A stretch of 64,000 nucleotides of DNA from Auanema rhodensis. Taxonomy: Eukaryota > Animalia > Nematoda. The number at the start of each line of letters is the position of its first letter. Position 1 is the stretch's first letter. The notes under the pieces were generated by a model. It was not told where the DNA came from. It made no database searches and saw only the letters and a program-made list of their open reading frames with translations. The position numbers were made by a program, and so were the translations under genes. The stretch is from the NCBI GenBank assembly GCA_964057225.1, contig OZ059900.1, positions 17,298,001-17,362,000 of the forward strand. Direction: 5' to 3'. Shown one piece after another: positions 1-12,100 of the stretch.

Positions 1-3000
1 TTTCCAGCATAATAAAATATTTCTCATGGGAAATACTGTGTTTTTGTATTTTTCTAGTGTTCAGCATGTGAAATGCTTCATTTTAGTATGTAACACGCTG
101 AAATTCGTTGCATTTGACGACTCATATGAACAAAAATCGATTTAATCAATATTAGCCATAAGGGGCGTGCCCTCAGAATATGCTAATTTCCTTAATTTTC
201 TAACCCCTGTTTTGTTGTCGTGAAAGTGGAACTAGACGTTGTAGGAACAATTTTGAGCTAGGTTTCATTGACATTGCATGAGTTTGAACACATGAAATCG
301 TAAGTCAAAACCTTGTTTACAGCGAAATTTCCAAAAACTGGTTTTCCAGCATAATAAAATATTTCTCATGGGAAATACTGTGTTTTTGTATTTTTCTAGT
401 GTTCAGCATGTAAAATGCTTCATTTTAGTATGTAACACGCTGAAATTCGTTTCATTTGACGACTCATATGAACAAAAATCGATTTAATCAATATTAGCCA
501 TAAGGGGCGTGCCCTCAGAATATGCTAATTTCCTTAATTTTCTAACCCCTGTTTTTTTGTCGTGAAAGTGGAACTAGACGTTGTAGGAACAATTTTGAGC
601 TAGGTTTCATTGACATTGCATGAGTTTGAACACATGAAATCGTAAGTCAAAACCTTGTTTACAGCGAAATTTCCAAAAACTGGTTTTCCAGCATAATAAA
701 ATATTTCTCATGGGAAATACTGTGTTTTTGTATTTTTATAGTGTTCAGCATGTAAAATGTTTCATTTTAGTATGTAACACGCTGAAATTCGTTGCATTTG
801 ACGACTCATATGAACAAAAATCGATTTAATCAATATTAGCCATAAGAGGCGTGCCCTCAGAATATGCTAATTTCCTTAATTTTCTAACCCCTGTTTTTTT
901 GTCGTGAAAGTGAAACTAGACGTTGTAATAACAATTTTGAGCTAGGTTTCATTGACATTGCATGAGTTTGAACACATGAAATCGTAAGTCAAAACCTTGT
1001 TTACAGCGAAATTTCCAAAAACTGGTTTTCCAGCATAATAAAATATTTCTCATGGGAAATACTGTGTTTTTGTATTTTTCTAGTGTTCAGCATGTAAAAT
1101 GCTTCATTTTAGTATGTAACACGCTGAAATTCGTTTCATTTGACGACTCATATGAACAAAAATCGATTTAATCAATATTAGCCATAAGGGGCGTGCCCTC
1201 AGAATATGCTAATTTCCTTAATTTTCTAACCCCTGTTTTTTTGTCGTGAAAGTGGAACTAGACGTTGTAGGAACAAGTTTGAGCTAGGTTTCATTGACAT
1301 TGCATGAGTTTGAACACATGAAATCGTAAGTCAAAACCTTGTTTACAGCGAAATTTCCAAAAACTGGTTTTCCAGCATAATAAAATATTTCTCATGGGAA
1401 ATACTGTGTTTTTGTATTTTTATAGTGTTCAGCATGTAAAATGTTTCATTTTAGTATGTAACACGCTGAAATTCGTTGCATTTGACGACTCATATGAACA
1501 AAAATCGATTTAATCAATATTAGCCATAAGAGGCGTGCCCTCAGAATATGCTAATTTCCTTAATTTTCTAACCCCTGTTTTTTTGTCGTGAAAGTGGAAC
1601 TAGACGTTGTAATAACAATTTTGAGCTAGGTTTCATTGACATTGCATGAGTTTGAACACATGAAATCGTAAGTCAAAACCTTGTTTACAGCGAAATTTCC
1701 AAAAACTGGTTTTCCAGCATAATAAAATATTTCTCATGGGAAATACTGTGTTTTTGTATTTTTCTAGTGTTCAGCATGTGAAATGCTTCATTTTAGTATG
1801 TAACACGCTGAAATTCGTTGCATTTGACGACTCATATGAACAAAAATCGATTTAATCAATATTAGCCATAAGGGGCGTGCCCTCAGAATATGCTAATTTC
1901 CTTAATTTTCTAACCCCTGTTTTGTTGTCGTGAAAGTGGAACTAGACGTTGTAGGAACAATTTTGAGCTAGGTTTCATTGACATTGCATGAGTTTGAACA
2001 CATGAAATCGTAAGTCAAAACCATGTTTACAGCGAAATTTCCAAAAACTGGTTTTCCAGCATAATAAAATATTTCTCATGGGAAATACTGTGTTTTTGTA
2101 TTTTTCTAGTGTTCAGCATGTAAAATGCTTCATTTTAGTATGTAACACGCTGAAATTCGTTTCATTTGACGACTCATATGAACAAAAATCGATTTAATCA
2201 ATATTAGCCATAAGGGGCGTGCCCTCAGAATATGCTAATTTCCTTAATTTTCTAACCCCTGTTTTTTTGTCGTGAAAGTGGAACTAGACGTTGTAGGAAC
2301 AATTTTGAGCTAGGTTTCATTGACATTGCATGAGTTTGAACACATGAAATCGTAAGTCAAAACCTTGTTTACAGCGAAATTTCCAAAAACTGGTTTTCCA
2401 GCATAATAAAATATTTCTCATGGGAAATACTGTGTTTTTGTATTTTTATAGTGTTCAGCATGTAAAATGTTTCATTTTAGTATGTAACACGCTGAAATTC
2501 GTTGCATTTGACGACTCATATGAACAAAAATCGATTTAATCAATATTAGCCATAAAGGGCGTGCCCTCAGAATATGCTAATTTCCTTAATTTTCTAACCC
2601 CTGTTTTGTTGTCGTGAAAGTGGAACTAGACGTTGTAGGAACAATTTTGAGCTAGGTTTCATTGACATTGCATGAGTTTGAACACATGAAATCGTAAGTC
2701 AAAACCTTGTTTACAGCGAACTTTCCAAAAACTGGTTTTCCAGCATAATAAAATATTTCTTATGGGAAATACTGTGTTTTTGTATTTTTCTAGTGTTCAG
2801 CATGTGAAATGCTTCATTTTAGTATGTAACACGCTGAAATTCGTTGCATTTGACGACTCATATGAACAAAAATCGATTTAATCAATATTAGCCATAAGAG
2901 GCGTGCCCTCAGAATATGCTAATTTCCTTAATTTTCTAACCCCTGTTTTTTTGTCGTGAAAGTGGAACTAGACGTTGTAATAACAATTTTGAGCTAGGTT

Positions 3001-6000
3001 TCATTGACATTGCATGAGTTTGAACACATGAAATCGTAAGTCAAAACCTTGTTTACAGCGAAATTTCCAAAAACTGGTTTTCCAGCATAATAAAATATTT
3101 CTCATGGGAAATACTGTGTTTTTGTATTTTTCTAGTTTTCAGCATGTGAAATGCTTCATTTTAGTATGTAACACGCTGAAATTCGTTGCATTTGACGACT
3201 CATATGAACAAAAATCGATTTAATCAATATTAGCCATAAGGGGCGTGCCCTCAGAATATGCTAATTTCCTTAATTTTCTAACCCCTGTTTTGTTGTCGTG
3301 AAAGTGGAACTAGACGTTGTAGGAACAATTTTGAGCTAGGTTTCATTGACATTGCATGAGTTTGAACACATGAAATCGTAAGTCAAAACCATGTTTACAG
3401 CGAAATTTCCAAAAACTGGTTTTCCAGCATAATAAAATATTTCTCATGGGAAATACTGTGTTTTTGTATTTTTCTAGTGTTCAGCATGTAAAATGCTTCA
3501 TTTTAGTATGTAACACGCTGAAATTCGTTTCATTTGACGACTCATATGAACAAAAATCGATTTAATCAATATTAGCCATAAGGGGCGTGCCCTCAGAATA
3601 TGCTAATTTCCTTAATTTTCTAACCCCTGTTTTTTTGTCGTGAAAGTGGAACTAGACGTTGTAGGAACAATTTTGAGCTAGGTTTCATTGACATTGCATG
3701 AGTTTGAACACATGAAATCGTAAGTCAAAACCTTGTTTACAGCGAAATTTCCAAAAACTGGTTTTCCAGCATAATAAAATATTTCTCATGGGAAATACTG
3801 TGTTTTTGTATTTTTATAGTGTTCAGCATGTAAAATGTTTCATTTTAGTATGTAACACGCTGAAATTCGTTGCATTTGACGACTCATATGAACAAAAATC
3901 GATTTAATCAATATTAGCCATAAAGGGCGTGCCCTCAGAATATGCTAATTTCCTTAATTTTCTAACCCCTGTTTTGTTGTCGTGAAAGTGGAACTAGACG
4001 TTGTAGGAACAATTTTGAGCTAGGTTTCATTGACATTGCATGAGTTTGAACACATGAAATCGTAAGTCAAAACCTTGTTTACAGCGAACTTTCCAAAAAC
4101 TGGTTTTCCAGCATAATAAAATATTTCTTATGGGAAATACTGTGTTTTTGTATTTTTCTAGTGTTCAGCATGTGAAATGCTTCATTTTAGTATGTAACAC
4201 GCTGAAATTCGTTGCATTTGACGACTCATATGAACAAAAATCGATTTAATCAATATTAGCCATAAGGGGCGTGCCCTCAGAATATGCTAATTTCCTTAAT
4301 TTTCTAACCCCTGTTTTGTTGTCGTGAAAGTGGAACTAGACGTTGTAGGAACAATTTTGAGCTAGGTTTCATTGACATTGCATGAGTTTGAACACATGAA
4401 ATCGTAAGTCAAAACCTTGTTTACAGCGAAATTTCCAAAAACTGGTTTTCCAGCATAATAAAATATTTCTCATGGGAAATACTGTGTTTTTGTAGTTTTC
4501 TAGTGTTCAGCATGTAAAATGCTTCATTTTAGTATGTAACACGCTGAAATTCGTTGCATTTGACGACTCATATGAACAAAAATCGATTTAATCAATATTA
4601 GCCATAAGGGGCGTGCCCTCAGAATATGCTAATTTCCTTAATTTTCTAACCCCTGTTTTTTGTCGTGAAAGTGGAACTAGACGTTGTAGGAACAATTTTG
4701 AGCTAGGTTTCATTGACATTGCATGAGTTTGAACACATGAAATCGTAAGTCAAAACCTTGTTTACCGCGAAATTTCCAAAAACTGGTTTTCCAGCATAAT
4801 AAAATATTTCTCATGGGAAATACTGTGTTTTTGTATTTTTATAGTGTTCAGCATGTAAAATGCTTCATTTTAGTATATAACACGCTGAAATTCGTTGCAT
4901 TTGACGACTCATATGAACAAAAATCGATTTAATCAATATTAGCCATAAGGGGCGTGCCCTCAGAATATGCTAATTTCCTTAATTTTCTAACCCCTGTTTT
5001 TTTGTCGTGAAAGTGGAATTAGACGTTGTAGGAACAATTTTGAGCTAGGTTTCATTGACATTGCATGAGTTTGAACACATGAAATCGTAAGTCAAAACCT
5101 TGTTTACAGCGAAACTTCCAAAAACTGGTTTTCCAGCATAATAAAATATTTCTCATGGGAAATACTGTGTTTTTGTATTTTTATGGTGTTCAGCATGTAA
5201 AATGCTTCATTTTAGTATGTAACACGCTGAAATTCGTTGCATTTGACGACTCATATGAACAAAAATCGATTTAATCAATATTAGCCATAAGGGTCGTGCC
5301 CTCAGAATATGCTAATTTCCTTAATTTTCTAACCCCTGTTTTTTTGTCGTGAAAGTGGAACTAGACGTTGTAGGAACAGTTTTGAGCTAGGTTTCATTGA
5401 CATTGCATGAGTTTGAACACATGAAATCGTAAGTCAAAACCTTGTTTACAGCGAAATTTCCAAAAAGTGGTTTTCCAGCATAATAAAATATTTCTCATGG
5501 GAAATACTGTGTTTTTGTATTTTTCTAGTGTTCAGCATGTAAAATGCTTCATTTTAGTATGTGACACGCTGAAATTCGTTGCATTTGACGACTCATATGA
5601 ACAAAAATCGATTTAATCAATATTAGCCATAAGGGGCGTGCCCTCAGATTATGCTAATTTCCTTAATTTTCTAACCCCTGTTTTTTGTCGTGAAAGTGGA
5701 ACTAGACGTTGTAGGAACAATTTTTAGCTAGGTTTCATTGACATTGCATGAGTTTGAACACATGAAATCGTAAGTCAAAACCTTGTTTACAGCGAAATTT
5801 CCAAAAACTGGTTTTCCAGCATAATAAAATATTTCTCATGGGAAATACTGTGTTTTTGTATTTTTCTAGTGTTCAGCATGCAAAATACTTCATTTTAGTA
5901 TGTAACACGCTGAAATTCGTTGCATTTGACGACTCATATGAACAAAAATCGATTTAATCAATATTAGCCATAAGGGGCGTGCCCTCAGAATATGCTAATT

Positions 6001-8979
6001 TCCTAAATTTTCTAACCCCTGTTTTTTTGTCGTGAAAGTGGAACTAGACGTTGTACGAACAATTTTGAGCTAGGTTTCATTGACATTGCATGAGTTTGAA
6101 CACATGAAATCGTAAGTCAAAACCTTGTTTACAGCGAAATTTCCAAAAACTGGTTTTCCAGCATAATAAAATATTTCTCATGGGAAATACTGTGTTTTTG
6201 TATTTTTCTAGTGTTCAGCATGTAAAATGCTTCATTTTAGTATGTAACACGCTGAAATTCGTTGCATTTGACGACTCATATGAACAAAAATCGATTTAAT
6301 CAATATTAGCCATAAGGGGCGTGCCCTCAGAATATGCTAATTTCCTTAATTTTCTAACCCCTGTTTTTTTGTCGTGAAAGTGGAACTAGACGTTGTACGA
6401 ACAATTTTGAGCTAGGTTTCATTGACATTGCATGAGTTTGAACACATGAAATTGTAAGTCAAAACCTTGTTTACAGCGAAAATTCCAAAAACTGGTTTCC
6501 AGTATAATAAAATATTTCTCATGGGAAATACTGTGTTTTTGTATTTTTCTAGTGTTCAGCATGTAAAATGCTTCATTTAAGTATGTAACACGCTGAAATT
6601 CGTTGCATTTGACTACTCATATGAACAAAAATCGATTTAATCAATATTAGCCATAAGGGGCGTGCCCTCAGAATATGCTAATTTCCTTAATTTTCTAACC
6701 CCTGTTTTTTTGTCGTGAAAGTGGAACTAGACGTTGTACAAACAATTTTGAGCTAGGTTTCATTGACATTGCATGAGTTTGAACACATGAAATCGTAAGT
6801 CAAAACCTTGTTTACAGCGAAATTTCCAAAAACTGGTTTTCCAGCATAATAAAATATTTCTCATGGGAAATACTGTGTTTTTGTATTTTTCTAGTGTTCA
6901 GCATGTAAAATACTTCATTTTAGTATGTAACACGCTGAAATTCGTTGCATTTGACGACTCATATGAACAAACATCGATTTAATCAATATTAGCCATAAGG
7001 GGCGTGCCCTCAGAATATGCTAATTTCCTTAATTTTCTAACCCCTGTTTTGTTGTCGTGAAAGTGGAACTAGACGTTGTAGGAACAATTTTGAGCTAGGT
7101 TTCATTGACATTGCATGAGTTTGAACACATGAAATCGTAAGTCAAAACCTTGTTTACAGCGAAATTTCCAAAAACTGGTTTTCCAGCATAATAAAATATT
7201 TCTTATGGGAAATACTGTGTTTTTGTATTTTTCTAGTGTTCAGCATGTAAAATACTTCATTTTAGTATGTAACACGCTGAAATTCGTTGCATTTGACGAC
7301 TCATATGAACAAAAATCGATTTAATCAATATTAGCCATAAGGGGCGTGCCCTCAGAATATGCTAATTTCCTAAATTTTCTAACCCCTGTTTTTTTGTCGT
7401 GAAAGTGGAACCAGACGTTGTACGAACAGTTTTGAGCTAGGTTTCATTGACATTGCATGAGTTTGAACACATGAAATCGTAAGTCAAAACCTTGTTTACA
7501 GCGAAATTTCCAAAAACTGGTTTTCCAGCATAATAAAATATTTCTCATGGGAAAAACTGTGTTTTTGTATTTTTCTAGTGTTCAGCATGTAAAATGTTTC
7601 ATTTTAGTATGTAACACGCTGAAATTCGTTGCATTTGACGACTCATATGAACAAAAATCGATTTAATCAATATTAGCCATAAGGGGCGTGCCCTCAGAAT
7701 ATGCTAATTTCCTAAATTTTCTAACCCCTGTTTTTTTGTCGTGAAAGTGGAACTAGACGTTGTACGAACAGTTTTGAGCTAGGTTTCATTGACATTGCAT
7801 GAGTTTGAACACATGAAATCGTAAGTCAAAACCTTGTTTACAGCGAAATTTCCAAAAACTCGTTTTCCAGCATAATAAAATATTTCTCATGGGAAATACT
7901 GTGTTTTTGTATTTTTTTAGTGTTCAGCATGTAAAATGCTTCATTTTAGTATGTAACACGCTGAAATTCGTTGCATTTGACGACTCATATGAACAAAAAT
8001 CGATTTAATCAATATTAGCCATAAGGGTCGTGCCCTCAGAATATGCTAATTTCCTTAATTTTCTAACCCCTGTTTTTTTGTCGTGAAAGTGGAACTAGAC
8101 GTTGTAGGAACAGTTTTGAGCTAGGTTTCATTGACATTGCATGAGTTTGAACACATGAAATCGTAAGTCAAAACCTTGTTTACAGCGAAATTTCCAAAAA
8201 GTGGTTTTCCAGCATAATAAAATATTTCTCATGGGAAATACTGTGTTTTTGTATTTTTCTAGTGTTCAGCATGTAAAATGCTTCATTTAAGTATGTGACA
8301 CGCTGAAATTCGTTGCATTTGACGACTCATATGAACAAAAATCGATTTAATCAATATTAGCCATAAGGGGCGTGCCCTCAGATTATGCTAATTTCCTTAA
8401 ATTTCTAACCCCTGTTTTTTGTCGTGAAAGTGGAACTAGACGTTGTAGGAACAATTTTTAGCTAGGTTTCATTGACATTGCATGAGTTTGAACACATGAA
8501 ATCGTAAGTCAAAACCTTGTTTACAGCGAAATTTCCAAAAACTGGTTTTCCAGCATAATAAAATATTTCTCATGGGAAATACTGTGTTTTTGTATTTTTC
8601 TAGTGTTCAGCATGCAAAATACTTCATTTTAGTATGTAACACGCTGAAATTCGTTGCATTTGACGACTCATATGAACAAAAATCGATTTAATCAATATTA
8701 GCCATAAGGGGCGTGCCCTCAGAATATGCTAATTTCCTAAATTTTCTAACCCCTGTTTTTTTGTCGTGAAAGTGGAACTAGACGTTGTACGAACAATTTT
8801 GAGCTAGGTTTCATTGACATTGCATGAGTTTGAACACATGAAATCGTAAGTCAAAACCTTGTTTACAGCGAAATTTCCAAAAACTGGTTTTCCAGCATAA
8901 TAAAATATTTCTCATGGGAAATACTGTGTTTTTGTATTTTTATAGTGTTCAGCATGTAAAATGTTTCATTTTAGTATGT
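1..8979 (+). repeat. Tandem satellite array, 342-bp monomer, ~26 copies (left, more heterogeneous domain)
   Basis: TTTCCAGCATAATAAAATAT recurs at 1, 343, 685 ... 1711 and 3421 (exactly 10x342). Monomers differ by roughly 1-5 substitutions and rare 1-bp deletions. Strand is arbitrary and defined by this array. Confidence 0.99.
1711..4446 (+). repeat. 4-monomer higher-order repeat (1368 bp), ~2 copies
   Basis: Variants CCATGTTT (2023/3391), AAAGGGC, GAACTTTCC and TCTTATGGG each recur at 1368-bp spacing. Confidence 0.85.
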
Positions 8980-9179
8980 NNNNNNNNNNNNNNNNNNNNN
9001 NNNNNNNNNNNNNNNNNNNNNNNNNNNNNNNNNNNNNNNNNNNNNNNNNNNNNNNNNNNNNNNNNNNNNNNNNNNNNNNNNNNNNNNNNNNNNNNNNNNN
9101 NNNNNNNNNNNNNNNNNNNNNNNNNNNNNNNNNNNNNNNNNNNNNNNNNNNNNNNNNNNNNNNNNNNNNNNNNNNNNNN
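8980..9179. other. Assembly/scaffolding gap (200 N)
   Basis: Exactly 200 consecutive N. A round fixed length suggests a placeholder gap of unknown true size. Confidence 0.98.
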
Positions 9180-12100
9180 AGTTCCACTTTCACGACAAAA
9201 AAACAGGGGTTAGAAAACTAAGGAAATTAGCATATTCTGAGGGCACGCCCCTTATGGCTAATATTGATTAAATCGATTTTTGTTCATATGAGTCGTCAAA
9301 TGCAACGACTTTCAGCGTGTTACATACTAAAATGAAGCATTTTACATGCTGAACACTAGAAAAATACAAAAACACAGTATTTCCCATGAGAAATATTTTA
9401 TTATGCTGGAAAACCAGTTTTTGGAAATTTCGCTGTAAACAAGGTTTTGACTTACGATTTCATGTGTTCAAACTCATGCAATGTCAATGAAACATAGCTC
9501 AAAAATGTTCGTACAACGTCTAGTTCCACTTTCACGACAAAAAAACAGGGGTTAGAAAATTAAGGAAATTAGCATATTCTGAGGGCACGCCCCTTATGGC
9601 TAATATTGATTAAATCGATTTTTGTTCATATGAGTCGTCAAATGCAACGAATTTCAGCGTGTTACATACTAAAATGAGGCATTTTACATGCTGAACACTA
9701 GAAAAATACAAAAACACAGTATTTCCCATGAGAAATATTTTATTATGCTGGAAAACCAGTTTTTGGAAATTTCGCTGTAAACAAGGTTTTGACTTACGAT
9801 TTCATGTGTTCAAACTCATGCAATGTCAATGAAACCTAGCTCAAAATTGTTCGTACAACGTCTAGTTCCACTTTCACGACAAAAAAACAGGGGTTAGAAA
9901 ACTAAGGAAATTAGCATAGTCTGAGGGCACGCCCCTTATGGCTAATATTGATTAAATCGATTTTTGTTCATATGAGTCGTCAAATGCAACGAATTTCAGC
10001 GTGTTACATACTAAAATGAAGCATTTTACATGCTGAACACTAGAAAAATACAAAAACACAGTATTTCCCATGAGAAATATTTTATTATGCTGGAAAACCA
10101 GTTTTTGGAAATTTCGCTGTAAACAAGGTTTTGACTTACGATTTCATGTGTTCAAACTCATGCAATGTCAATGAAACCTAGCTCAAAATTGTTCGTACAA
10201 CGTCTAGTTCCACTTTCACGACAAAAAAACAGGGGTTAGAAAACTAAGGAAATTAGCATATTCTGAGGGCACGCCCCTTATGGCTAATATTGATTAAATC
10301 GATTTTTGTTCATATGAGTCGTCAAATGCAACGACTTTCAGCGTGTTACATACTAAAATGAAGCATTTTACATGCTGAACACTAGAAAAATACAAAAACA
10401 CAGTATTTCCCATGAGAAATATTTTATTATGCTGGAAAACCAGTTTTTGGAAATTTCGCTGTAAACAAGGTTTTGACTTACGATTTCATGTGTTCAAACT
10501 CATGCAATGTCAATGAAACCTAGCTCAAAATTGTTCGTACAACGTCTAGTTCCACTTTCACGACAAAAAAACAGGGGTTAGAAAATTAAGGAAATTAGCA
10601 TATTCTGAGGGCACGCCCCTTATGGCTAATATTGATTAAATCGATTTTTGTTCATATGAGTCGTCAAATGCAACGAATTGTAGCGTGTTACATACTAAAA
10701 TGAAGCATTTTACATGCTGAACACTAGAAAAATACAAAAACACAGTATTTCCCATGAGAAATATTTTATTATGCTGGAAAACCAGTTTTTGGAAATTTCG
10801 CTGTAAACAAGGTTTTGACTTACGATTTCATGTGTTCAAACTCATGCAATGTCAATGAAACCTAGCTCAAAATTGTTCGTACAACGTCTAGTTCCACTTT
10901 CACGACAAAAAAACAGGGGTTAGAAAATTAAGGAAATTAGCATATTCTGAGGGCACGCCCCTTATGGCTAATATTGATTAAATCGATTTTTGTTCATATG
11001 ATTCGTCAAATGCAACGAATTTCAGCGTGTTACATACTAAAATGAAGCATTTTACATGCTGAACACTAGAAAAATACAAAAACACAGTATTTCCCATGAG
11101 AAATATTTTATTATGCTGGAAAACCAGTTTTTGGAAATTTCGCTGTAAACAAGGTTTTGACTTACGATTTCATGTGTTCAAACTCATGCAATGTCAATGA
11201 AACCTAGCTCAAAATTGTTCGTACAACGTCTAGTTCCACTTTCACGACAAAAAAACAGGGGTTAGAAAATTAAGGAAATTAGCATATTCTGAGGGCACGC
11301 CCCTTATGGCTAATATTGATTAAATCGATTTTTGTTCATATGATTCGTCAAATGCAACGAATTTCAGCGTGTTACATACTAAAATGAAGCATTTTACATG
11401 CTGAACACTAGAAAAATACAAAAACACAGTATTTCCCATGAGAAATATTTTATTATGCTGGAAAACCAGTTTTTGGAAATTTCGCTGTAAACAAGGTTTT
11501 GACTTACGATATCATGTGTTCAAACTCATGCAATGTCAATGAAACCTAGCTCAAAATTGTTCGTACAACGTCTAGTTCCACTTTCACGACAAAAAAACAG
11601 GGGTTAGAAAATTAAGGAAATTAGCATATTCTGAGGGCACGCCCCTTATGGCTAATATTGATTAAATCGATTTTTGTTCATATGATTCGTCAAATGCAAC
11701 GAATTTCAGCGTGGTACATACTAAAATGAAGCATTTTACATGCTGAACACTAGAAAAATACAAAAACACAGTATTTCCCATGAGAAATATTTTATTATGC
11801 TGGAAAACCAGTTTTTGGAAATTTCGCTGTAAACAAGGTTTTGACTTACGATTTCATGTGTTCAAACTCATGCAATGTCAATGAAACATAGCTCAAAAAT
11901 GTTCGTACAACGTCTAGTTCCACTTTCACGACAAAAAAACAGGGGTTAGAAAATTAAGGAAATTAGCATATTCTGAGGGCACGCCCCTTATGGCTAATAT
12001 TGATTAAATCGATTTTTGTTCATATGAGTCGTCAAATGCAACGAATTTCAGCGTGTTACATACTAAAATGAGGCATTTTACATGCTGAACACTAGAAAAA

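Noticed and set aside
103-119. CENP-B box-like motif (ATTCGTTGCATTTGACG)
   Set aside because: It has TTCG and the central A but lacks the essential CGGG of NTTCGNNNNANNCGGGN.
200-207. Telomere-like CTAACCCC / GGGGTTAG and G-quadruplex potential
   Set aside because: There is a single motif per monomer, not tandem, and too few clustered G-runs on one strand.
1-342. Primate alpha-satellite dimer (2x171 bp)
   Set aside because: The length coincides, but I see no recognisable alpha-satellite sequence motifs.
1-342. Tandem RNA gene unit (5S rRNA, tRNA, snRNA or spliced leader)
   Set aside because: No recognisable 5S or tRNA sequence, cloverleaf or Pol III A/B boxes by eye. An Rfam cmscan would be the formal test.
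8914-9221. Three ORFs (99, 86 and 75 aa) spanning the gap
   Set aside because: They are open only because N codons translate as X; the flanks are satellite sequence.
8900-9260. Terminal inverted repeats of a transposon or fold-back element
   Set aside because: The inverted symmetry comes from whole satellite arrays either side of an N gap, with no target-site duplication, defined termini or transposase.
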